Assembly (NCBI GenBank): GCA_028023455.1
Contig: JAQFVV010000006.1
Location: 6,324,001-6,388,000 of the forward strand
DNA: 64,000 nucleotides
DNA from: Epiperipatus broadwayi
Lineage: Eukaryota > Animalia > Onychophora
Direction of reading: 5' to 3'
A program made the translations under genes and the position numbers. Positions 11,961 through 24,620 of this stretch are shown here, piece by piece (within the stretch, counting starts at the first letter, position 1; each line of letters opens with the position of its first letter). The notes under the pieces are model-generated. The model made no database searches. It was not told where the DNA came from and saw only the letters and a list, made by a program, of their open reading frames with translations.

Positions 11961-12469
11961 ATAATAAAGTTGTGGGAGAATAAATATAAACAAAGTGATT
12001 ATTCTGAAAGTGGGTTCTTAGTTATTTAGATATAAAGACCATGGAGTTGATAAAGATTATGCTGTGGAAATGAGATGAATCTGGATAGAGAAGAATATGG
12101 GAAAATTTTAGAATGGAGACCAGAAAGGGAAGGTAAAGTGGCTAACAGGTTTTTCTGGGCATAGTGGCTGAGAAATTCCTGACTCTGAAAAAGGAAAAGC
12201 TGTAGTGCATCACATTACTGCTGTTTTATAAGTCCATGTTATACAAGAAGGTAAAATAATTGAAACTCAAAATGAATAGAAGCAAAGTGAGATGTTTTGA
12301 TTCACTTTTACTATTTTTCAATTTTTTTTTATCATATTAATTATCCTTGAAGATTATTAATTTTTATACTTTCCTCCTTTTATTTACTAATTATTTTGTT
12401 TACTCTTTTCCATAACAGATTCTCCATCTATTATCTTTTTATAATTTAATCTTTCTTTTTATTGCATTG

Positions 12470-12725
12470 CCCATTTCAACCAATATTATTATTAACAATT
12501 TTATTTATTACATTTTACAATGTTTTATATAGTTATTATATCAATTATATTATAACAGTTTTCATTGCCCCCCAGCAATCTTCTTCAGATGTTAAGTTGG
12601 TTTAGGAGTGAAAAGATCTGAAGAAGATTACTGGGGCAATCGAAACTGTTATAATATAATAGATATAATAACTGTATAAAGCATTGTAAAAAGTAATAAA
12701 GAAAAGTATTAATAATAATATTGGC
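12470..12725. mobile_element. Family G head-to-head foldback with an HHR-like motif at the inner end of each arm
   Basis: Arms ~12478-12590 and 12616-12724 are reverse complements. Plus arm reads CTGAAGA(12618-24) A GATTAC TGGG GCAATC GAAA CTG TT. Confidence 0.7.
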
Positions 12726-12933
12726 AGCATCCTTTTAGTGTACTCAATCTAGATATATTATGATAATACTTAATGTTACCTGGTCAATTCTTTAATTGCT
12801 TTATAACAGATATTTTCAAACAGTAGTCATTAGTACCAAATGAGCTCCCAAAAATGTTTAACCAGGCCCAACATCATTGAAGTCTCATGCATCTATACCT
12901 ATTTGATGTGTAAGATTTATATTAAATAAAATG

Positions 12934-13159
12934 TAAAACGATTTAATATACTTCTCCTAAAAACGTAATAGCCTAAAAACGATTTACTCGCTGACGAAGA
13001 AGCTTGTTATTTAATAACACTACGTAAAGATTTATTACTTTCGTCGGCCATGAATATGAGGGCAAACCTCGAAAGCGCTTGGCCCATTTAATAGTTTTAA
13101 GCGAAATTTGTTTTGTTTATTTGGAAGCTTCTTCGTCAGCGAGTAAATCGTTTTTAGGC
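12934..13159 (+). mobile_element. Family C: young 226-bp element with inverted terminal segment, 14-bp TSD and internal variant HHR
   Basis: TSD TATTAAATAAAATG at 12920-12933 and 13160-13173. Inverted segment AATAGCCTAAAAACGATTTACTCGCTGACGAAGAAGCTT at ~12967-13005 and ~13125-13163. Many CpGs retained. Confidence 0.85.
13046..13084 (+). ncRNA. Putative type I hammerhead variant with A3:U8 core pair
   Basis: GGCC ATGAATA T GAGG GCAAA CCTC GAAA GCGC TT GGCC: stem I GGCC/GGCC, stem II GAGG/CCTC, palindromic stem III GCGC. Confidence 0.55.
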
Positions 13160-14467
13160 TATTAAATAAAATGAAATAACTTCAGCTCACCCCAAATCTA
13201 GTTTCTTCAATTAGTAAATGCTTGGAAGCTTATATTTTGTTAAGTGAAAAGATCACTTTTTTTCACCCAGGTGTGATGCCCCAACTACCTATCAATTGCA
13301 CACAGATGGGTGTCACAATAAATTGTGCATTGTATAATTTTTAATAAATAATAAAGTAAAATTCAATAATAATTAAATACACTTTCTCTTCTTCCTTTAA
13401 TCAGTTTCAAACATTCTTGAAGATTTCTTCAGAACTATAACATACAATTGGACTACACTAATTCATTTTTTATTTAATTTTACTATTTATCTCCTAAACT
13501 ATTAAAAATAAATGTACTATAGATATATTTATTTAAAAAATGTAGATTTATTTTTTTCAATATCTATGTATTTTTTATATATATTTATTTGTTTATTATT
13601 TTATAAATCAAGTAATTAAAAAAATTTTGGAAAAAAATATAAATATTCTTATCTAGTTTAATTCAGTTTTTCCAATCTACTGTTTTTTACATATATCATT
13701 CCAGAACACGTTCTTCTTATCTTATTTTTCCATCTCACTTGTGGTCTCTTTTTAAAACTTTTCTATTTTCTTTGTGTCAAGTTTAAAACTTTAATTATTC
13801 ATTTTTTATCATTTCTCTAGAAACATGGAGATGATATCTAATTATTCTCTTAATTTGACTCCATTTTTGATCCCAGCTTATTTTTCCTATGTAAGTGTTT
13901 CTCAACTTACATATACAAATATCGGTATTTGAATACTAAACCTGTAACATAGGGAATATAGAACCTTTTCACACCACAATCAATGTGTGATGTTGCGATG
14001 ATGTCATATTAAAAGAAATAGTCCTACAATGGTGATGTACCAGTTGTCATCATATTACCCAAATATCTATATAGATAAACTCTCCAAAAATGTTCATATA
14101 AATTTTGGGTATCCATAGACATTAAGTCCACAGAAGTACAAGAAATAAAACCAATAGAACATTTTTTTATTATTTTTTTATTAATCTACAGTATTTTTAT
14201 TCACAACCCTATAGCGAATTTTCTTATTTCAATGATCTAACTCACACATGGTCGTTCTTTATTAATTTTCTTATTTCAATGGTCTAACTCACTCATGGTC
14301 TTTCTTTAGGACTTTTACAGTTTCTTGGAGCCAATTTAAGACTTTAATTATTCATCTGTTATCATTTCTAAAAATGATGGGTGAAAGAGATGATAATGGC
14401 CAGACTATTTAAATGCTGCATAGATTTTTCTTCACTGCTTTATATTCTTATTAAGAACAACCCTGAT

Positions 14468-14540
14468 GTAATTTGGCTTAGTTGGTAGAGCACCTGACTT
14501 GGTGTCAGGAGCCCCCAGACTTGATTCTATCACTTGCACA
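14468..14540 (+). pseudogene. Degenerate tRNA-like sequence or SINE head
   Basis: A-box-like TGGCTTAGTTGG, then TAGAGCA CCTGA CTTGGTG TCAGG hairpin (TGG at the anticodon position). B-box is decayed. Confidence 0.4.
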
Positions 14541-15019
14541 TCTGGTGCTCAAAATTCTTATGACATCCTACGCAATAATGCCATATGCCTTTTTTTGGTT
14601 AAGAACAGAAAACAAAGCTTTTGATTTAAGATATGTAAAGCTTAGCTAATGTTAGTTAATGTAGCATTCAAATATGTGGTTCACCTGTTGAGTTGGAATA
14701 CATGTATAGCATTACAGAAGTGGTCTGTTATTTTGTGTTGGATAGGGATTTATGACCTTCAAAATGATTCAAAACAAAGCAAAACTCTCCATACAGTAGT
14801 ACCATCTTTTTGCTTTGTTTTGAATTGTTTAATAACAATTATGTGCTAGTATGAGATAGTGATCATGTGATGTTTAGTGGTTTAACCCCCAAAGTGTATA
14901 GCATTCTTGATGGGATGGAATGCATGCATAGAATAAGTGGAGTAGTCTTATTTTATGTTGGATGATTTATGATCTTCAAGATTTCTAACACACTTGATGA
15001 GACTGGTAAACAAAAATGA

Positions 15020-15600
15020 ATGTTCAGAGTGAGGAGACTGAACTGTTACTTTATGACAGATGGTTGTTCATATCTTGTTTCTTCATATCTTGTTTCTTTT
15101 ATGATATCAACAATAATTCCATTATTTATTACAAATTCCTCCTTCTTCATAAATTTAACTACATGTTTCAAATCTTCATGTAGAATATTTGGTATTCAGA
15201 AGATGTAATTATAAAGGTTACTTTGTTATAATGTTCTTTATTACTATATAATTCTTAATAGAGATCTCAAATATTTCATGATATTCCTCTTCTTAGTAAT
15301 ACTTTCACCTTCTTTTCATGCTGAAATAACCTTCCTTCCAATATTAAGACATTGATTTTATTCTTCTAAAGTTTTTCTTTCTTTCTTTAGTTTTGACTGC
15401 CAATTCACAGTTATATTTTATATATTATTATTACATCTTTTTCATATTTTATGGAAGTCTAAATTTTAAATTATTTTTGATTACCTTAATTGGTCTTCTC
15501 AATAATTTATATCTAAAACAATGAATTCTAAAGAAGTTATCAATTTATTTGCTGTATAAAACCCAAGGAATAATTTAATATGCTATCATCGTCTTATTAT
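15020..15600 (-). mobile_element. Decayed LINE ORF2 linker fragment
   Basis: Lys/Glu-rich broken frames on minus, resembling the 6800-7400 and 9450-9900 RTE linker. Weak. Confidence 0.35.
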
Positions 15601-16428
15601 TATTCTGTTTTTGTTCTCTTTTTTTTTATGTTTTTTTTTTTTCAGTTTTTTTTTTCTTTGCGTGTGTGTGTGTTTTTCATAAGGATATCTCTCTACTTAA
15701 TACATATTTTTTTACTACTGTTTTCATCAGCAGACCATTTTAAATATATATAAAAAAAACCTTAGTGATAACTAGACTCTCTGACAACTCTTCATAGAGG
15801 GACAGTGAAGAGGGTGACAGAGTAATGAAAGTTTGACGAAGCTTTCTTGTTTTATCCTCTAGACCTTTATAGAGAAAAAGTAATGAGACAGCAGTAGTCA
15901 CAAGGTTTGACAATTGTCATGCAGTAAAGATTTTCAAATCTTGTTTTACCTTCGAATTAATGAAAATTAAATACCTATTTACCAACCAATATTGAATAGT
16001 TAGTTAGATTACCTATGGATCAGCTTATGTGCCTTTTCTGCACCACAAGGTCATTCTAAATGATTTTTAAAGGCACAGTATTTAAGACTTGCTTCGGAAT
16101 GTCAAAATTGAGTCCTGAGACAAATGTTATTTTCATTTCAACAAAAAATTTTATTAGTAATAAATAGTGATTACATTTTGATAATGGATAAGTTAATGAA
16201 TAACTTGTACAATAATATTATAAAAAGTTCTGATTAACATATGGCTAGAATATGTTAGTTAGTGGTTGTTATACACTTATGTGGTTAGGTATAATGAAGG
16301 GTTTGTGTAGAATATGAGAAACTGAGAACTTGATGAATGTTATTAGCTTTTTTTTTTTTTTTAATAACACGACTATTTTCTTTTTAATATTGTCTATTCT
16401 AGAATTCTGGGTAGGTGGGAGTTGACAA

Positions 16429-19400
16429 TCAGGAAAAGGATAGAGCGGTTAGAGACCAGGTGTCATCAAAGACTTTACTGGAGGCAAGGAGCTGATCATG
16501 TTTCTTGATTTTTTTGAGAGTCTGGTAAAACAATGGTATGATTTGTGGTGGGGGTGATTCCATGAGAGTTTTGCATCTCACTATCCATATGGAATAAAGG
16601 ACAAAGATAGAGAGCCTTATTATTGAAAAAGTTCCACTATTAATGGCATTTTCAAGTGAGAAAATCATTTCAGATCTTATGTAAGAATTGATTATGATTA
16701 TATCTTTCAGATTTTAAGTCTTGGACAGCGGTGTATAATATGGTCTGTGGTTTCATCTTCACGAGCACATAAACCACATATAGGGTCAATGCTAGTAAAA
16801 CCTCTTCGGTGATAAAGAAACCAATTTGTGGGAAGCGCATCAAGATTAATTTTAATGATGAAGTCCAGGAATTTGGGTTCAAGGCTCCATCTTTTGAAGT
16901 GTGTAATGAGTCTTTGGTTGGTTATTTTTAGGCTGGTTTTAATGGGTTGTTGATTATAGTTGATTAGATTGTATGCTTCCCACAAAGTGATTTTTTGGTT
17001 AAGATTAGAGGACATCGTCGGGTTATAAAGTTGTAGATGATCTATTAGCAATGATATCCATGAACTGGATAAGGGCGGGGGATGATCAGTTGGTGTAATT
17101 TTTTTCATAATGTTGGAGTATCCATAGGAGAGGATCAGATTATGTAGAATATTGTGAGTTTTTTGTAAAATGATTGCCTGTATTGAGTGGAATGACAGTC
17201 CATTGAACCTGCGTGGTCGTTGGATACCTCGCAAGCTAATGGCAACAGTCCTTCCTCTCCAGAGAAGTTTGGTGCATAATCGGTTAATTTTATTTTGAAA
17301 CTGTTTAGTGATTTTAATGAATGGAAGATAATATGAGATTTTTGGCATTATGATCATGTTGAGGAGGCTAACCTTTCCATATAATGAAAGGTATACTCTA
17401 AGAGAGCACACGTGATGGCTTCAGTTGATTGGAGGATTGCATCTTGAATCATTCTTGCCATTGCAGTTGGAGGTTTGAAGATTGGGAAGCCAAGGTATCT
17501 TTGTGGTTTAGCAGAAAAGGAAGAGTTGATTTGTTTACCAGACATTATCTTCCAGATGGAAGATTTGTTAAAATTTATTTGTAGGCCAAATTTCACTGTA
17601 TTTCTGTTTAAGATGTTCATGAGATGGGGAAGGTATTTAATGGTGGGAAGCACAACCATGATGTCATCTATGTATGCGAATACATTGAAATCTTTATTGA
17701 GAGAAGGAAGGAATATTCCAGGGAGGTTTTTTTCTATATCCACCAGAAGAGGGTTGATGTATGCTGTGAAGAAAAGGGCACTGAGCGGAGATCCTTGAGG
17801 GATCGACTTGTATGGCTTGAAACCTGGAGTGATCTTGCCATCAAGAGAGAGAAAAATCTCTCTGTTGTTGAGCAGATTGCTGATAATCTGAACAATTGCA
17901 GCTGGAATACGTATTCCATCAGAATATCCAGAAGGGTGTTGATCTGTACTGAATCGAATGCTGCTGCAACATCCAGTTGAACGGCAATAGGTTTGGATTT
18001 ACGATGTACTCTGATATGATTGAACAGTGCAGTTATATTGGACATAGCATGCGAGGTTGATGATCCCTTTTTTCCGTATTGGTTTGGCGAGATATTGCTA
18101 AGAATTTGAGGTTGGATTTGGTCCTTAATGACTGACTCTATAATCTTGATAAGCAGTGGGGTCATGGATATTGGTGGATACTGTTAATGTCGTTTAGTGG
18201 TTTTGCTTTTTTAATAAAAGGCACAAGTGCCACAGGGTAAAGATCTGCTATGTTTCTGTAGCGAAGCTAGGTGATCTATCATTTTTTTAATAATTGGAAC
18301 AGTGAATTGACTGAGGTGTTTGAGAAGGAAATTTGGGATGCCGTGAAGGCCAGGATGAATGCTGTCAGGGAGTGATGATATCTTCTTTTTAATTTGGATT
18401 TCTGTGATGCCATGTTCGCTGGGGTCTCCAGCATCCAACCAGCTGTTTACTGGAGGGGCTCCATCTTTTTGCATTAATTGGCAGAATTGTTTGCTGATGT
18501 GCTGCATCATTGGATATCCAATGAGATTGGTACCATTAGTATAAATGGATGTGGGAGTGATTTGTTTTTTATTGTAACCCAGTGCCCATCTGAGGTAGTC
18601 TCTCATCCAGCAGTGTTGTTGTGCTAAGAAGCATTTGGCTCTTCTGATGGAAATATATTCTGCAAGGGATTTTTGCTTGATTTTGTAGAGGTTTTTAAGG
18701 AAGATAATTTTTTCTGTATTTGTGAAATTTTGCTGTGATGCTTGAAGTTGTATATTAATGTCTGTTAGGTCATTTAGAAGACCATTTGGTCCTTTGATTT
18801 TCCTGGTGTGGTGATTTAATATGGACTGAAGAATTCGATGAAGGAAAACCAGCCCTCCTCAGCAGGGAGGGAAAGGATGTTTATTTTCTGGAAATAGATG
18901 TATGACTCAGACACTATCGCTTCGGTCATGTTTGATTGGGTGATCATGCGCATGGTTTTTCCAGGTCCATCTATAGGTGTAGGGATTGAGATAGGCGTGA
19001 GTTGTAAGATCAGAGCCATATGATCGGAGAAAGCAACAGGGGTTAAGGCTGCATCAAGGTTGAAATGGAGGTCTGGGGTGTAGTAAACCAGATCAATTAG
19101 GAACTTTTTAGATTTAGTATAGAAAGAGTAGGCTTCGGGTGGGAAGAAGCCCTCTCCACACATTAATCTGCGATTTATTAGATGCAAAAATCTCTTGTTG
19201 AAGTCATTGTCTCCGAGAAGAATGGTAGGGGAGGCTCTGCTAGCGTTGATGGCATTTAGGATATGAACTATTTTTAGATATTGAGAGGTGTCTTTGGCTG
19301 TATAAATATAAGCTATGATGATCGGATAACCCCAATAATCTATTTCTATAATAATAATATTGGCATCTAGGAATAGAATGTTGAAACTTTTTGGTGGTGC

Positions 19401-19634
19401 TGATTTGCTAAGAAGAATACTGACTCCACCTGAAGCTGAATGGCCGATGGAAAATCTAGTAAATCCGAGAGAGGAGAGAAGAGATATTATTTTATGGTCA
19501 GTCTTATAGTGATGTTTGGTTTCGCCCATAAGAAGTATATGTGGGGAGCAGAGTGAGAGCCAGTTTTTAATAGCAAGAACTCTATCGATTGAGTTGATGC
19601 CGCGAATGTTTATGCCAGCTATTTTGCAGAACAT
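16429..19634 (-). CDS. LINE ORF2 (APE endonuclease, reverse transcriptase, zf-RVT-like CCHC), split by about six frameshifts
   Basis: GINIRGIN, LLMGETK, LGDNDFN, IDLVY and SDH (APE). NQYG, DVAAAFDSV, IPQGSPLSALFF, YIDD and RYLGF (RT). CGLC...HIIHRC at the C-terminus. Confidence 0.9.
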
Positions 19635-19736
19635 GATAGATTAATCCAAACCGTCCTCAGCAAAGTGATCCAAGTGAATGTGGGACATCTCTATATTAAT
19701 GAGGTCTGATGTTGTTAGGCAGTCAGAGACTTGTGA

Positions 19737-21444
19737 TTAAACTTGTAGATGGCTTGGTGATATATTTGTTGGTTGAGGAATCGCATCCATGAGGTCTTCG
19801 GTGTCTGATGGAGTAGAGTAATCTGTCTGAGAATCATCGGGAGAATCAATGGTATCTAAGGTTGTAAGATCCATGGTTTTCCTCTTTTTTTCTATGGATT
19901 TGTGAAGCTTTGAGTTGGATTTATCGGAGATTTGTTTGTTAGAGGGGGGTGGTGAGTAAAGTACCTGGTGGGAGCTGTCATCATCAGAGCTTGATTTATC
20001 TGAGCGAATTGATTTTCTTTTAATTTTCTTAATTGTATTTTGGGTATTTGTTGTGTCAATTTTTTGAGGATTTTGAAGTTGATTAGTGTTGTTTTCCTTT
20101 TCCTGTTCTTTTGATAGTAGTGTTATTTTATTGTCATAAGATTTTTGTTCGAATTTTAGACTTGAGACATTCTCTGTTTGCTGTAACAGTTGTGAATCTT
20201 CGATCATGCTGACTTTCGGGTTGGGTGTTTGATGGATCTTTTCGTCTGGTAGGTTAATTCTTGCAGGAGTTGTAGAATTGCAGATAGTTTGTGGTTCACT
20301 CTGTTTAGGGTTGTTATCAGTTGTTTTAAGCTGGTTAGGAGTTATATTGGAAGAATTGTTTTGACATTTTTGAGTGTATTTTCTTCATCGCCTGGGTTTA
20401 TCTTGTTCTCTTTAGATGGTTTGGTCATATTATCTTCTTTTGTAGAAAGAGTTTGACCTAATATTATTTCTTGGAGATTAGTATAAGTTGTTTCGAATGT
20501 TTGATCTTGAGTATTATTAGTTTGCGTGATTGGTTTAGGAGCAGTATTTGTTGTTGTTTGGTTCTCTGATTTACTACTATTAGTGTAAAGGTTGACGTTT
20601 GTTCTTTCTTGAATATTTTCATTTTGAAATATAGTTTTGGATGTGGAAGGTTTTGTTGGAGGATTTATTTGAATCTGAATATCTGGGTTTGTGAGGTTGT
20701 TGTTTGAATTAGTCCTATGTGATGTTTGTCTATTTAAGGACTTGTTAATAGGTCTACCAGGACATTTGTGAAATTTATTCATTTTAATACCACAGTGTGT
20801 GCATATTCTTGCTGCACAGTCTTTAATGAGGTGTGTTCTTTGAAGGCAGAAGAAACATTGTGGATGTACTCCTCTGAATGTCAAAACCATAGGAGAGCCT
20901 CTTGCTGTAATAATAGTGGGTATGTCAGTGGGTATAATGTTTTTCTTTAATGTAAGTGTGAAGGTAACTGTATTGGACAGGATTTGATCTTCGAAGTGAG
21001 GATTTAATAGGTGTTTAAATTTGCTAACTGAACCATAATTAATAAGGATGTCTTGTATTTCTTGTTCATTTAAGTGGGCAAGGCAGTTTTGAATTCTGCC
21101 AGATAGTGTAACTGGACGGTTCATATCTATGGAGCATAGTATATAATTTCCTAAAGATTTGTAGTTATTTTTAAAATTCATTCGTCTGCCCACGTTTTAA
21201 ACTCTACGATCACATAGCGGTCATTGGGATGATTAAGGATCATGTGAATGCCTCTGCCTAATTGCTTTTGATTGATTAGACTGTAGAGTTGTTCTACAGG
21301 GAATTTATATAAAGCACATTGATGATTTGTTATGGCTAAGATTAAAGACTTATCGCTGTAATAGTTTGCAAACGATTTATATAGAGAGTTGGGTATCGTT
21401 TTGTTGAACTGAGCATTATATAATGAATATATTACAAAATACAT
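19737..21444 (-). CDS. LINE ORF1 (RRM-like region, CCHC knuckle, low-complexity tail) in three frameshifted pieces
   Basis: RYVIVEFK, CFFCLQRTHLIKDC, CTHC...HKC, followed by an N/T/S/K-rich tail. Confidence 0.8.
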
Positions 21445-21944
21445 TTGTAATGATCTAAAAACATCCGGTGTAATTTAATCCAATGTTAGAGGTGTGGACT
21501 TTAAAACAAAAGTAATAGTTCAAAACTAGACCTATTAATTAAATGTTAGAATCATTACTTTCTGAATGATCAATTATTTTATTATTTTTGACCTCCACAA
21601 TAATGCTATAATGGATAGCAGACTTGGGAGTTAAAAGTTCCAGGATAGATTCTTCTAAATGCCATACATACAAAAAAAAAAAAATCAGTTCAGACTAGTT
21701 GAATACTCTGTCTGCCACCAGGTGACTTGAATGAATATCACATGATCTTCCAACCAATTAAATTAAACCACATGATTATTATTAAAAGCCAGTAAAACTT
21801 ATGTTTTTAATTACATAATCAAGTAAAAACTTATGTTTGTCTGAAGATTTGGGGTCATTTATTGTATTGTATGTTGGACTATTTTCATCATCTAACACTG
21901 GAGCCAAATTAGGAGTGGCATAAAAATTGTTGGATGCCGTGAAT

Positions 21945-22060
21945 TTTTAAGAAACTCAAGTTTTAGATAATGATAAGTTTCTTTTAAAAAAGAATTTAAT
22001 TTTTTTAAATAGATAAAAATCACATGAAAATAAATTTTTTGTATATATTATTATTATTAT
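21945..22060 (+). repeat. Interspersed repeat with an inverted homolog at ~27465-27580
   Basis: TTTTAGATAATGATAAG..AAAGAATTTAATTTTT..AAATAGAT.AAAATCACATGAAAATAAATT matches the reverse complement of 27465-27580. Confidence 0.55.
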
Positions 22061-22294
22061 TATTTATATATAAGTATACGATTTTCTTCAAAATTTTCAT
22101 CTCAAATCGTATATGCTTAAAACTAAAATATCAAGAAATATAAATTGTACATTAATAAAAATTATTATCGTTTTGTTGCGAATATCTTTATGTACTTATA
22201 GTTTAGGTGTGGTAAAACCAAAGAATGGCTTGCGTTCGATTTTCATTCGAGGAAGAAGGTCACAAGTATAAAAACATTGCAACACTGATCTAAC

Positions 22295-22500
22295 ATTTGA
22301 AAATCTAAAGGTCCAGTTCGATTCCCATAATAGTACTGTCATTGGTCAAGCCAGCAACACCAGAAGAAGAGAGGAGAATAATACCACTCGAAACGTTATA
22401 TATATACTAACATGGAAAATTTAAAGTTTAAAAATTTTCTACAGACATTCATGATTTAATGTTAGATGATGAAAATAATCCAGCATATAAACACAAAGAA
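22295..22500 (+). mobile_element. Family E copy 2: tRNA-Phe-like head plus degenerate HHR
   Basis: TTGAAAATCTAAAGGTCCAGTTCGATTCCC resembles tRNA-Phe CTGAAGATCTAAAGGTCCCTGGTTCGATCCC. Then CAACAC CAGAAGA A GAG...CTC GAAA CG TT (22355-22397). Confidence 0.55.
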
Positions 22501-23199
22501 AACTATAGACTTTACTGTTTTAACACAAATACAACTATTAGTGTTTGGTTTGATTTTCTATCTTCTGTCAACTTGTATATTATTTACAAATCTATATTTT
22601 TGTATGGATGTTTTTCCTCCCTGAACCTTATTGGAAAACATATAAAAAAGAAACGTATTAAAAAAAAAAAAAAAGTCAAATATTATATAAATGTGTGAAC
22701 AAAAATAGAAAAATATTTCTCTTCTAGCAAATAATCATCAAAATTGACGATTTATTGAAAAGTTAGTGTATATACTTTTCAAGCATATAGAATTTAAAAG
22801 TAATCGTTTCTATTTTATGACAGTTATTATTTTTTAAACTGTGTTAGTAATGTTCAAAACATGAAAAAGAAATCAAATAAAGTTATATTATTCGGTTAAT
22901 CCTGACCAATGGTTAGAAGCAATTTTAAAAAAAGTTTACAGTGAAGTCGTTCAAAAATTTTGTTAGGTTAAAATAACTCCCCTCCCCCCCCTTCTCCCGA
23001 ATCAAATCTCACTATTAAACTTATAACTTATAGAATAATTTTTCCAATTTAAAAAGTAGATATAGATTTATAAAAAATCAACTTTTAGAACACAACAAAT
23101 CATTCTAACTATTCAAACATATGTTTGCAAACACTGAAGAATATATAAATAACCTCTAAAATGCATTTTGACTAATCCAGTCTCTTCGATCGGCCTAGG

Positions 23200-23362
23200 T
23201 CAGTATGGCAAACCTATGGCACACGTGTCAGCACTGACATATTTGAAGATTTCACATGACACATCTTGGAAATTGAATAATATTGGTATTCAGATGAAAA
23301 AAACTGCAATAAATCATATACGATCGCCCTCGGTTAAGGCGAAGATAGGTTTCGGATCATCG
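23200..23362 (+). mobile_element. Decayed hAT MITE-like element
   Basis: CAGTATGGCAAACCTATGGCACACGTGTC at the left and ATAGGTTTCGGATCATCG at the right resemble hAT TIRs CAGTGATGGCGAACCT. No TSD found. Confidence 0.4.
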
Positions 23363-23439
23363 AAAGAATTATATTTTATAGTTAACCTATAAACAACGAG
23401 GGTTTTGAATTTGTTTTCTTTCTTAATCATTATAGTTTC

Positions 23440-24620
23440 TGTATAGTCATGTGATATTATAAAAACTTTTAAAAACTATTATAAATATATTAAACAACCT
23501 CAAGTTCTTTTCAAATCCTATGAATAAAGATACAATAAAAGACAAATGACCCCTAAGATGTATTTCATACTGAACCAGCCCTCATCAGTTGGTCCAGGTC
23601 ACTATATCTCATATATTCCTACTATATGTACACTATTTATCAATAGTAAAATGCTACATTTTGATTTATAAGTGTCAAACTTACTCCACCCACAACTTTG
23701 ACACCATCCACTCTAGATAAATACAGTAATGATTCTCACTAATCATTTATTAATCTAGAGATTGTCTCTAGCCCAGATATAAACTTTAAACCTGTTAAAG
23801 GTTAATATATCCATTGTTTTTTTTTTTAATTTAGGCACATCTTGGAGATCATTTGTCTTTTATTGCATCTCTATCCATATGATTTGAAAAAAATGTGTAG
23901 TAGTGTGGAAGTTGTTTAATATATTTATAAAGATATTACACATGGGAAAGAGAAATGTGAATAACTACATGTGTACATGTGTTTAAACTTTTAAAAAATC
24001 AGATATAATAATATTTAATTGAAGCTTAAAGTTTATATCTGGGCTAGAGATAATCTTTAGTTGAATAAATGTTTAGTGAGAAGCATTACTGTATTTATCC
24101 AGAGTGGATGGTGTCAAAGTTGTGGGTGGAGTATTCAACAATTATTATCAATATTATGTGATACAACCTTATAAATACATGCTTTATATATTATAAACTT
24201 AAAGTTTTAATTTGACTTCTGTGTAAAATTTGTTCATTTATAGATTCTAAGTCCCTCAACTAACTGTCCTATATGTGAGGGGTCAGAGTGACTTCAGATC
24301 AATATGGGTATGACAATAATATTGGCATCATCATGGGATTTGGGAATTGAATCATCAGATTTTCAATGGTATGGATGGCTGAAGAATTGGAGGTGGCAGT
24401 AGGTTGAAGTTTGTCCATTAAAATGTAAGGATTTGCTATCTTAATATAAACTGAGCATTGGGAGATGGTAATCTGGACCAACTGATGAGTGCTGGTTTAG
24501 CATGAAATACATATATTGGTGATTATTTATCTTTTCTGCATGTGTGTGGTCATTAGTAGTATGAGATAGTATGGGTAGTGAAATGGCTTTTTTCTGAGTT
24601 TAAATCCCCTATATTTAACA
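23440..24620. mobile_element. B2 (minus) plus inverted B2 pieces plus B1 (plus) composite
   Basis: 23440-23560 is inverted at 23840-23940 and 23680-23800 at 24020-24135. HHRs lie at 23547-23601 (-) and 24468-24526 (+). Confidence 0.8.
24468..24526 (+). ncRNA. Type I hammerhead ribozyme (B1), intact
   Basis: GTAATC TGG ACCAA CTGATGA GTGCT GGTTT AGCAT GAAA TACATA TA | TTGGT GATTAT. Predicted cleavage after A24515. Confidence 0.8.

Larger units (their letters stand above)
16348..21480 (-). mobile_element. Near-full-length Tx1/L1-type non-LTR retrotransposon
   Basis: ORF1 followed by ORF2 (APE, RT, C-terminal zinc motif). A-tract on minus at 16348-16362 after the ORF2 stop. No TSD found, so both ends are approximate. 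Confidence 0.92.

Noticed and set aside
12985-13005. CTGACGA AGAAGCTT in the family C inverted segments as an HHR
   Set aside because: No GAAA or NUH follows in either arm (CAAA on minus), and there is no stem I partner.
16130-21560. Target-site duplication or specific target for the Tx1/L1 element
   Set aside because: No matching direct repeat was found at either candidate 3' end (16348 or ~16150).
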